Positions 12,191 to 21,528 of a stretch of 43,892 nucleotides of DNA are shown here, piece by piece (positions within the stretch are counted from its first letter, which is position 1; the number at the start of each line of letters is the position of its first letter). The DNA comes from Octopus bimaculoides (Eukaryota). The stretch spans positions 39,859,450 to 39,903,341 of the forward strand of contig NC_068986.1 in the NCBI RefSeq assembly GCF_001194135.2, written 5' to 3'. The translations under genes were made by a program, and so were the position numbers. The notes beneath the pieces are model-generated. The model was not told the DNA's origin. It did no database searches and worked only from the letters and a program-made list of their open reading frames with translations.

Positions 12191-12925
12191 CAATTGGAAC
12201 TGCTACAGTTATGACACTAACACCGTATGAAATAGCATGAATGCCACAACTCATTTCATCATTTTTTGTCTTTTTGTAAATCGGAAGTAAAATTGGTTAA
12301 CTGTTGTAGTTGATTTTGTTATTTAGTCCCAAATTTTCCCTGATTTTTCTGATTTAGTGTATCCTATCCATGACCATATTGCCTTTTTGTTTCTTGCTAT
12401 AGTTCATCTCAGACGACATTGACTGCCATGTATTCGGCAATTTATTTCTTTAAAATTGTAGGGTATGATTTTGAGAGGAATTTGCCTGTTATTTCTAGTA
12501 AATCAATCGATACAAAGAGTTTCCCTTACTGGCTTGTTGTTGGCACTCCGTCGCTTACGACGTCAAGGGTTCCAGTTGATCCGATCAGCGTAACAGCCTG
12601 CTCGTAAAATTAACGTGCAAATGGCTAAGCACTCCACAGACACGTGTACCCTTAACGTAGTTCTCGGGGATATTCAGCGTGACACAGTGTGACAAGGCTG
12701 ACCCTTTGAATTACAGGCACAACTGGAACAGCTCCAGTTATGTGGTTACCAACTGGAACGGCTCCAGTTATGTCACTAACATTGTATGAAATAGCATGAA
12801 CGCCACAATTCAATTCATAATTCTTTACTTATTTTGTAAATCTGAAGCAAAAGGTATATACAGTACAAGAAATTAGTTAACTGTTGTAGTTGATTTTGTT
12901 GCTTAGTCCCAGATTCTCCCTGAGT
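12191..12925 (+). repeat. Local direct duplication (12191-12350 vs 12750-12925)
   Basis: Shared tatgaaatagcatgaa.gccacaa, ttgtaaatc.gaag and gttaactgttgtagttgattttgtt..ttagtccca.att.tccctga. Confidence 0.85.
12534..12723 (-). mobile_element. SINE family B 3' half, inverted copy
   Basis: Reverse complement aligns ungapped to 10910-11099 with 11 mismatches in 190 nt (counted by eye). Confidence 0.92.
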
Positions 12926-12964
12926 TTTATAATTTGATATACTATTATCAAAAGTATTCTATCA

Positions 12965-13290
12965 AAGCTCGCTCTGCAACCACATAGTTTCGAGTTTAGA
13001 CCCACTGAGCAAGTGTTTCCTACTATAGTCTCGTGTTGACCAATGCCTTGTTGGTGAATTTGGTTGATGCAAACTATATGGAAGCCCGTCGAGTACATGC
13101 ATGAGCCTTTGTGTCAGTGTTTGTCCCCCCACTGCTCGACAATCGATGTTGGTTTGCTTATGCCCTCATAACTTAGAGACAGAATAAGTAACAGATTCAA
13201 AAATAAGCACTGGGGTCGCTTGTTTGACTAAAGACCTTCAAGGCAGTACAAGACCGCAGTCCAGTTATTAAAACAGGTAAAAGATTAACG
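12965..13290 (+). mobile_element. SINE family A, decayed
   Basis: aaccacatagtttc...gcaagtgtttcctactatag...gaagcccgtcg...gtttgtcccccc...ctggggtcg...aaacaggtaaaaga. Confidence 0.8.
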
Positions 13291-14126
13291 TTATTTAAAA
13301 TGCATATCATTAATCTAGTTGTGTGGGAGCATACTCCCAAATTCTTGGTAAAACAACATCCGTTATGGAACGATCAATTTCGATGCAACCCTGCCATTCT
13401 GCTTAGAAAATAGTAGCCTGAAGTTTCATAGAAATGAGATGTAATTTGCATATGGGATAGGTTTATTTGCATATTGGTTTCAAAGCTTTACAGACACTAA
13501 CCATAGCATTAAAAACTATAAATTCATTATATCAAAGTCGATGTTTAAAATACTACATATACGGCTTGAACGTGTGAATATACTTCAGTTCAGTATAATG
13601 AATTTTGATTAAGATGAGTATTGATATGTTATTGAGGTCAAGTCAATCAACTGTATTCCCTCTCTTTACATGAAAAACAAAAGAAAGAAAATAAAATAAA
13701 AAGAAAAGAGAGAAACAAAAATGCGGGGGAAGAGCTGCAAACTTTGTGCTTAAGTAAAATATGTCATTATTCAAAATGAGATGACATTTTATAGTGAAAT
13801 ATAGGAAGTTGGTGAAATTAAGAAATAGCTAACGTGATTTTGAATTTTGGTTTTAGAAATAAATAACAGTCTTTGATAGAAAGTTGGACGAATATCTGCT
13901 AAAATTGATGACTTCAAAGACACATTTGATTTATTGATTGATTCTCTATCGGCTTAAAGCCGACCGAGTATAACTTTACACTAAATGGATTTTTAGCTTT
14001 TTTATTTGTTTTCTCTTTTTGGGGGTTTGTTTTTCTTTTTTACTTTGTCTTTCATCCTTCCAAGGTCGATTAAATCAACTATTCATACCCCTCCACTAAA
14101 TATTGTGGCCTTGTACTAACGTTAAA

Positions 14127-14127
<1 letters not shown>

Positions 14128-14170
<43 letters not shown>

Positions 14171-14180
14171 NNNNNNNNNN

Positions 14181-14224
<44 letters not shown>

Positions 14225-14285
14225 CAAAGGTGATGATGATAAGGACGACGATGATGATGATGATCATCGTCGTCGTCGTCCTTGT
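14128..14285. repeat. (TAA)n then (GAT)n/(CGT)n microsatellites
   Basis: Directly visible. Confidence 0.95.
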
Positions 14286-14689
14286 CAATGTTATTGATTG
14301 GTGGTAGTAGTGGTGGTGCCGAGGGAGGGTGCTATCTTTATTCACAGCCAACCTGTTCAGGCATGTTTTTACACCGCTCCTCCACGTTCTAGGATTCCAA
14401 CATACTTAAACTGAATGGAAGAATATTTTTAACATCTAATTTCATGCAGGAGTTAGAAGTTTGACCAAATAGAATTCAGCCGAAATGAAAAAGGAATTTG
14501 TTGTTTGACTAATTTTATATTTTATTTATATACTTTTTCATCTACACATGTATGAAAAGGCGGCGAGTAACTTCCACCTAATTATAAATCATGAATGTTA
14601 ACGAGTTTGCACAGAGTTTAAACAAATACAGACACAAAAAGAAAATTCACAGAAATGTGTTGCTGTTCAGAGGTAGAAAATATTGGTTT

Positions 14690-14870
14690 CAAATTTTGCC
14701 ACAAGGCCAGCAATTTCGGGAGAGGAGGAAGTCGATTACCTATTTTTTTGACTTTGAAAGGATAAAAGGTAAAGTTGACCTCGGTAGGATTTGAACTCAG
14801 AACTTAAAGATGAAATACCGCTAAACATTTTGACCAGCGTGCTAACGATCCTGCCAGCTCGTCCCTTAGA
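14690..14870 (-). mobile_element. tRNA-derived SINE, family C (MetaSINE-like central domain), internally deleted
   Basis: ggtttcaaattttgccacaaggccagcaatttc...aaaggataaaaggtaaagttgacctcgg...gaactcagaac...ctgccagctcg; related copies at 24435, 35235 and 42925. Confidence 0.8.
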
Positions 14871-15109
14871 GGTAGAAAGTATTGACATTTCTGTGGAGAG
14901 TAGTGCTGTCAAGAGTGGCCCTAGGGATAACGTTAGTAAAAACGATAGAAACATTCATACAGACACACAAAAACTGTCGAATGAAAGTAACAATAGAATT
15001 TCAAGAAGGTGTTCAGTTTTATGCTTTGAAAATATAACGTGAAACAAATTTTAGACTAGGAACATTTAGACAAAAGAAAGACTGCATAGCAACATCATAT
15101 GACAAAAAC

Positions 15110-15505
15110 AGATGCTTTCTGTCCGAAGCGGTCACGTGGGTGTGAAAGAGAAGAAGCGTGACCTACCTGTATATTATCAGACCAACTGGAGTATTTCATG
15201 TATCCGCCAAAGAACATCCGGAGGGGGGCTCCCCCACAACCCTTCCTTGCACTATGTGAAGCGAGATCTCCTGCATCGGACGAAGGAGAGTAAATTGCTC
15301 GATATGTGTTTTAAAAACTGAGGACGGGGCGAAGAGACAAGCTCAGTTAGTGCGTCACACATTAACCAATCAGTATTTGAGACGAAAACACACTTCCCGT
15401 CAGTAACAATCAGCACCCCACCCACGTCGTTTTCTGATAATGAAGAGGAGACGACATCGGGAAAAAACGTGAAATCGGTGCTGTTTAATATTGCTTGTGT
15501 AAGTT
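15110..15505. promoter_or_regulatory. CpG-rich promoter-like segment, possibly bidirectional
   Basis: E-box GTCACGTG 15131-15138; minus-strand Inr-like TCAGTT 15316-15321; GGGGCG 15326-15331; TGCGTCA 15351-15357; CCAAT 15366-15370; minus donor CAG|gtaggt at 15167/15166; plus donor |gtaagt at 15499. Confidence 0.45.
15167..15217 (-). CDS. Candidate first coding exon part (MFFGGYMKYSSWSDNIQ, phase 0)
   Basis: ATG at 15217 is open to a strong CAG|GTAGGT donor; lies ~100 nt downstream of the Inr-like motif; may instead be a uORF or 5'UTR exon. Confidence 0.3.
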
Positions 15506-15631
15506 CTAGAGTATGGAAGTTTTACTAAGAGTGAATAACCAGAAACAATGTAATTGTTCCGTCACAAACCTCCAAGTTTCTGCTCCATCGCATTTTTGGT
15601 CGTTCTTGCTGGGAAAACTTTATCTGATACA

Positions 15632-15735
15632 GACGTGGCCGAGTAGTTAAGAAACTCGCTTCTCAGCTACATGGTCACGAATTCAGTCCCAATGCACGGT
15701 ATCTAAGGTCTTCTAGTATAACCCCAGACCGTAAG
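15632..15735 (+). mobile_element. SINE family A 5' head fragment
   Basis: gacgtggccgagtagttaagaaactcgcttc...ttcagtccc...gtcttctagtata. Confidence 0.7.
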
Positions 15736-15969
15736 ATAAACGATATCCTTTTTTATTTATATCTTATTATGGTTTGGCTTTTGTTTATCATTGTCCTGTC
15801 TCTGTGCTAAGGTTTAATTTTCTTGCGTTTGTTATTTATTTTATTTTGTTTTCTATGTGTTAGGTTATCGTTCATAATGTTTTTATTTATATCTTCTTAT
15901 TTCCTGTGCATCTAGGTTTTGTTGCTTTCTTGCTTTAATTTTCCTTACATACGTATTACCTTTTAAGTA

Positions 15970-16180
15970 TTCATTTATCCACCACAAGGTCCAGTCCTTG
16001 TTGCAGTGTGGCGGCTTATGCGCCCAAATAACCCCGAGAGCTATGCCAGTAGAGCATGATCTCCTGGTAGTGTCTCCCATGTAGAACAGGTCAGAGACAG
16101 AGAACATACTAATATGAACCACCACTTCCCAGTAAAAAAGGGTTTGCGTAGGACCACTACTTACAAAAAGCAAAGTCACA
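15970..16180 (-). mobile_element. RTE-type retroelement 5'UTR-like fragment
   Basis: Minus strand tgggagacactaccaggag...ggcatagctctcgggg...cataagccgccacac..caagg resembles RTE 5' regions (recalled pattern). Confidence 0.5.
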
Positions 16181-16224
16181 GAAGCATTAATGACAATTCA
16201 TAACCTACAAGAGATGAAGACATT

Positions 16225-16385
16225 ATCTCGTGAAAATATATGAGGCACGATATTGAGAAAGAGCTGAAAAAGCAGGGATCCAACTGGAGAGAAGCAAAAC
16301 AGATATCTCAGAGTCGGCAAAAGTAGAGAAAATAGCATTTGGTCCACATGGAGTGAAGGGCTGAAGAAGAGGAAGAATCTCCATC
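16225..16385 (+). mobile_element. RTE LINE 3' end fragment
   Basis: Reads *GTILRK/IEKELKKQGSNWREAKQISQSRQK*R...PHGVKG followed by a gaaga-type tail; typical RTE C-terminus TWRRTVEKE...W.EA...A.DR..WR. Confidence 0.65.
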
Positions 16386-16386
16386 C

Positions 16387-16388
<2 letters not shown>

Positions 16389-16450
<62 letters not shown>

Positions 16451-16452
16451 CA
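16389..16452. repeat. (TA)n microsatellite
   Basis: Directly visible. Confidence 0.97.
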
Positions 16453-16589
16453 GCTGGCTATACGACACACTATCTGCGTCCTTATTTTTTCGAACAAAGC
16501 AGTTTAGCGTCTCCACTCAGACCAAAGCAATATTTGCGTACCAATGGTTTCTGGGTTATTTCTCTTCATTAGCACAGAATAACTGTTCG

Positions 16590-18445
16590 GATAGAGATGG
16601 CACCACTAAACTCTTGTTCGAAATATATACTTTTCAAAGTGACATACATTCACTGATCTAATAAATAGAAAATTATTATTTCTAAATCTTTGAACGAGAG
16701 ACATCCAGTAACAGTAATCTAGAGTAAAGATTATTTGTCAACATAATGTTGCAGTCCTGGTTAGGACGATTGTTACATATATACATATTTTAATCCTTGA
16801 AAACAACTTTTTGGAGTTTAATAGCAATATTTACAAACAAATATCTGAGACTGTGAGGGGTAAAAAAAAGTCGCTCTGACTTACACCAATTTGACCATGG
16901 CATATATGCAGGTCTAGATATACGAACAAATGAAATTAAAATATGGCTTGGACTTCCAAAAATATTTACTAGAAAACTAGAAACGTTACTTAGATCACTG
17001 CCTGATTTTGTGGACGCACACTTTTAACCAGCTTATTGATTTCAAAAACCTAATTAACAGCATAAACAGCAGAATTAATTTCACCTATCATTTCAAGACG
17101 TTCTAATCATCAAAACAGACAAAAGCATTGAAAGAGACATTCATTACAAACCAATATTCTAAACAATCCCTACTGTTCTCCTCATGCCATCCAAAACACA
17201 CAAAGACTAATATTCCTTTTAATCTAGCAAGAAGAATCTGCATAATTGTTTCAAACGTTGAAACTCATAAATAAAAGACTCCAGGAATTAAAACAAATAC
17301 TACTCGAGAGAAAATATCCATCAATGTTAATAGACAACGGAAGAGAGTGTCAAAAGAATAGATATTCAAGAATTGCGAAAAATAGGAAACACTTCAGATA
17401 TACATGGTCAGGTCACTCTTGAGCGCTACTGGTAACATATAACCCAGTACGACCTGTCGCATGGTCGGGTCGTCGGCGACTAAACTGGTAACCCCCATCA
17501 AGCTTACTTGGTGAGGCTGGTGTTTGTTGGACATCCTGCGGGACGAAAACTAAGACCAGTCAAAGGGCGGAAGATGTACTGTGTAGTCAACGGCCAATTC
17601 AACAAGTACCTTGTCACGGTGAAGTATTTGTGTGCTCCATTGACCCGGAAAGCTATGCTGGAGGGAGAGAAATCTACAGGCAGGTTTTACCAGGCCAGAC
17701 AAGTCAAAGTGTAGGAGACAGACAAAACCTTAACGACAATAAATCGAAGCGTTGGCAGCAGGGCGTGGATTTAGTCATCGGCAGGACCTGGCTTTGAACT
17801 AGCAGGATGTCATACAGAGGATCTTGAATACAAGACAATGGATGAGACCCTAATCTTCCTAGTTAGATGGGAACTGCGGGACCACGTGGAGCAGCGCCCT
17901 GTGACTCCTATAGTATGCGCAACCGAAACCCCAATGGGACGACTTAGATGAGATTCAGATATACCCAATACTCTACCGTTTATTGCAACATGCAATCCCA
18001 AAGATAGAGATTTATAACATCATTCACGAGAACATTCCACTACTGAGAAAAGACCCAAGAATGAAACAAGCACTCGAAATACATAAAATAATTAAGAGCA
18101 AAAGACAATCAAAATCTCTCCAGAAACTACTCACCAGCACTAAATTATCCTCCACAAATCTCACACCAACAATCAAAGCGTGTAGCCGGCCGCCCTAATT
18201 GCGGGACTTGCATCAACCCCATTGAAGACAAAAAATATGAATTTAAATCATGACAGATTTTTTATTAAAAAATCGTCAAAAAATTTAATATATGCTATTA
18301 AATGTAAAGGATATAGCGAAGATTACAAAGATCAAACACAACTCACTCTCAAAAATAGACGAACTATTTATAGACAGCAAATACGAGACCCCAGTACTAG
18401 ACAGATCCCATTGAGTGGACATAGACGTATGTACGAAAAAAAATA
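16590..18445 (+). mobile_element. Decayed Penelope-like element (RT, linker and GIY-YIG), interrupted at 17404-17953
   Basis: Broken-frame motifs EFNSNIYKQIS, KRYLDHCLILW (RYLDD-like), DIHYKP, CHPKHTKTNIPFNLARRICIIVS, LPFIATxNP, IHENIPLLRKDP, NLIYAIKCKGYSEDYKDQT...RQQIRDP. Confidence 0.9.
17404..17953 (+). mobile_element. 550-bp RTE-derived non-autonomous (bipartite) retroelement with an 11-bp TSD
   Basis: Flanked by the direct repeat ttcagatatac at 17393-17403 and 17954-17964; GC-rich; 3' part reads DLEYKTMDETLIFLVRWELRDHVE, like an RTE C-terminus. Confidence 0.75.
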
Positions 18446-18467
18446 AGTCTCCAAAATCGTGTATGTG

Positions 18468-18680
18468 TCTGCTTTTATTTGTTTCTGTCTCCACCCTGAT
18501 TGACAAGCGGTGTTGGTTTGTTTATGTCTTTGTAATTTTGTGGTTCGGCAAAGAAAACTGACTGAATAAATACCAGGCTTAAAATATGTACTGGGTTCAT
18601 TCATTAGACTAACCGTAGAAGGTAGTACTCCAGCATGGCTGCAATCCAACGACTGAAACAAGTGGAAGAGTAAAGGAATA
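18468..18680 (+). mobile_element. SINE family A 3' half
   Basis: ttgacaagcggtgttggtttgtttatgtc...ggttcggcaaaga...ctccagcatggctgca...gactgaaacaagt. Confidence 0.8.
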
Positions 18681-18719
18681 AATATACAGAAGCAAAAAGG
18701 ATGTTAAAAAGGAATAAAT

Positions 18720-19450
18720 GGCAGCAAAGGACTGCTTTTGATGAATCGGACAAGTTCAGGAAGTAACAAAAATAGAGTAATAAGTATTTGCATGATCTGG
18801 ATTCATTAACGAAAAGTATTTAATAACATACCATAACCATAGATACCAGAGACGCTCCACAGATATAGTATCCCTAATACTTGCAAAGAACATAAACCGT
18901 GTTAGAATGAAAAAACACCCCTAACCATTACACGGCAAAGAGAACTAAAACCAGCAGTATTCGCATGAGAAGAGGAATCTTCCGGAGAAACTCACTATTC
19001 CCCGCTCTATTCTTAGCTCTTATTCCATTAACAAATAAGCTTGTTGAACCACTAATGATAATAGATGCCACAGACAAAATATAAACTACTACCTATATAC
19101 GTATAGATGACTGAAAAATATTTATGAAAGACAATACCTAGTTGGAAACTTACAAAAAAATTGTTTTAAAATTCAACCAAGACATAAAAATAATCATGGG
19201 ATTAGACAAATATGTGAAAGCTACTGTGAAAAGAGACTAATTAAATGAAACTGAGAATATTAAATTAGAAACAGATACGCAAATCGGAGAATTAGATAAG
19301 ACCCACACTTACAAATACTTAAGAGTAGATGAAACTGATAAGACACAACACGCAGAAATGAACAAGAAAATTAGACAAAAAGCATTACATAAATGTCATA
19401 TTAATATTAAAAAGTTAGCTTAGTGCTAGGAATAAGATAACACAAGGCAA
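18720..19450 (+). mobile_element. Decayed R4/Dong-like (RLE-clade) LINE reverse transcriptase fragment
   Basis: Broken motifs MIWIH (AWIDY-like), IRMRRGIFRRNSLFP (RGIFQGDSLSP), YVxMTEK (YMDDLK), MGLDK, YKYLRVDE. Confidence 0.8.
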
Positions 19451-20076
19451 CAAATTTCAGCTATCTTTTTTTCTGTACAGATATGGGAACCACCGTTTCC
19501 GACTAAATCGCTGATGCTGAATTCAAATCTGATAACCAAATTTCCCTAACACATCCAGATTTTGTGTAACCAAATATCCCACTTATTTTCTCTCTCTCTC
19601 TTTCTCTCTCTCCCCAACTTCTGTTGCATAAACAATTATACTTTTCTCTGTCTGTGTTATATTTCATGCTAATCATGCTAAAATGTTATTTTTTTCTTCT
19701 GGCTTAGGACAGAGAGTGGAGTTACACTGTTCCAGCCATCCACTCAAAGTTTGTATAAATTAAGTTGTTTCTATAAAAAAAAAATTCTTATCAGGAAATG
19801 AAATTTTGCGGTTGTCTCTTCTTTTTTTGCATTTTGAGGGATGAAGAGCTCTGTTTCTACAGGAACCAATAATAATCCCCGATCATATTCCGACTGAAGT
19901 GCCTTTGGTATTTGTTCTTCATAATGAAGATCTGCTGTTGGAAACGCTCGCTGCGCTCGCTGCTCAACAGCCCCAACATCGGCGAGAAAGAAGTTAGAGC
20001 AAGAATGTAAGAAAAAATGCATTTTAAAAGACGTCCTATATCCCATTTTGTTGGATCTTGAGAGGGTCATTATGCC

Positions 20077-20250
20077 AATAATAAGTACACGCACTGGTTC
20101 ACCTTCATTTTATTATTTGTTAATTTGTTATCTAACCAATTAACTTATCCATTGTTTGATTAACCGAATGATTGATCAAAGCATTCTATTATGTAGTTAA
20201 CGAACGAATAATAAGGAAGTGAAATTGAACCAGTGCGTGTGTTTATTATT
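20077..20250. mobile_element. Small MITE-like inverted-repeat element
   Basis: Perfect 15-bp IR acacgcactggttca (20087-20101) / tgaaccagtgcgtgt (20226-20240), extendable to ~25 bp with aataataa; AT-rich interior. Confidence 0.65.
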
Positions 20251-20661
20251 GACAGTAATATTTCTGGAATACCGAAAACTTTGCTTCAACACACAAATTC
20301 ATATAAAAAGATTCGTAAATTAAATACAAAATAAAACTACACCCCGTTCTTTCATATATTTTCAGCATGCTATCTACTAGTTTACTGTAGTTTTCAGACC
20401 TGTATCCCGAAAAGTATTTCTAACAACTCTAACAAAAGCTGCCGCCCATGCCCTCACTTCCGTCTCAAGGGGAGTAATGAGTTACATATGACACTATTCC
20501 CCTAAGACCCAGTGAAAATACCAGCTTCTAAATTTACATCTGTCAGTATTCCGTTGAATTTATCCTTTAAATATTGAAAATTATTCTCTTGCCGATCCAC
20601 ACCTCTCACAAACTTTTTCATGAGACCAAGTTTAATAAGAAGTGGTAGTGGGTGGTAGATA

Positions 20662-21528
20662 CGAGGTGGTATCAAAAAGCTCCCGGATTAGCTATGTTTA
20701 ATAAAAAAATAACTTATTTACTTAAGTTTTTACATCATCTCCTTCGAAATAGTCACTTTGTGCAGCAATACACCGGTCCCAGCGCTCCTTCCACTTTTGG
20801 AATCCGGCCTGGAAGTCGTTTTCAGTAAACGAGTTGAGGACCTTCTACGATTCGCTCTGTATATTGACAACGGTGTTAAAACGGTGAGCTTTTGAACTGC
20901 ATTTTCCTTTTGGGGAAGTGATGGAAGTCTGCAGATGCTAAATCTAGCGAATAGGGCGGGTGTGGAAGCGATACCATGTTGTTTTAGTGAGAAACTCATG
21001 AGTGAGGAGAGCTCGATGACTGGGTGCATTGTCGTTGTGAAGAATCCAATATTTCTTGGACGTTAGGATTACCTGCACGGACCCATACGACAGACCAACA
21101 TCAGCAATGTCGTTGATTGTTCTCTGACAATCCTCATGCACAAGCTGATGTATTTTCTCCACATTTCCGGGGATGACACTCGTGGCAGGTCTTCCAGATC
21201 GCTCATCGTCTTCCACGAACATAATTCCGCTTTTGAAGCGCCCGTGCTACTCGAAATATGATGTAAGGCCCATCGCCTCGTCGCCGTAAGCTTGCCGAAG
21301 TATGCTCAATGTCTCTGTAGCAAACTCCCTAAGTTTAACGCAAAATTTCATGTTGGCGCTTTGTTCCAACCTCCTGTTCATGACAAAAATCGCAGACTAC
21401 AGTATATATGTGATCACAAAAACACACATTTCACAACTTGCAAAGTAAACACAGCGATGTCACTTGGCACAACCATGTGCTGCCATCTGTTGGTGCGCTA
21501 CAGAACCAGTTCGGGAACCTTTTGATAG
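20662..21528 (-). mobile_element. Internally deleted mariner element
   Basis: TA then TIR cgaggtggtatcaaaaagctcccgga; right TIR cagttcgggaaccttttgata (terminal ~8 nt lost); ORF 20944-21222 reads VEDDERSGRP...HEDCQRTI..IA fused to WILHNDNAPSH, then a PPY(S)PDLA-like motif. Confidence 0.92.

Noticed and set aside
12720-12773. CRISPR-like repeat of a palindromic 24-mer
   Set aside because: Only two adjacent copies with a 6-nt spacer, in eukaryotic context with no cas genes
17404-17500. HDV-like ribozyme at the RTE-derived 5' end
   Set aside because: A CUAA then actgg end is suggestive, but I could only map nested hairpins, not the P1/P1.1 double pseudoknot or a canonical L3; left as a check only
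19861-19996. Apparent plus-strand terminal exon EPIIIPDHIPTEVPLVFVLHNEDLLLETLAALAAQQPQHRRERS* after a ctacag acceptor
   Set aside because: It is the antisense of the Chapaev-like transposase C-terminus (ERFQQQI...MIGDYYWFL), which explains the sequence better
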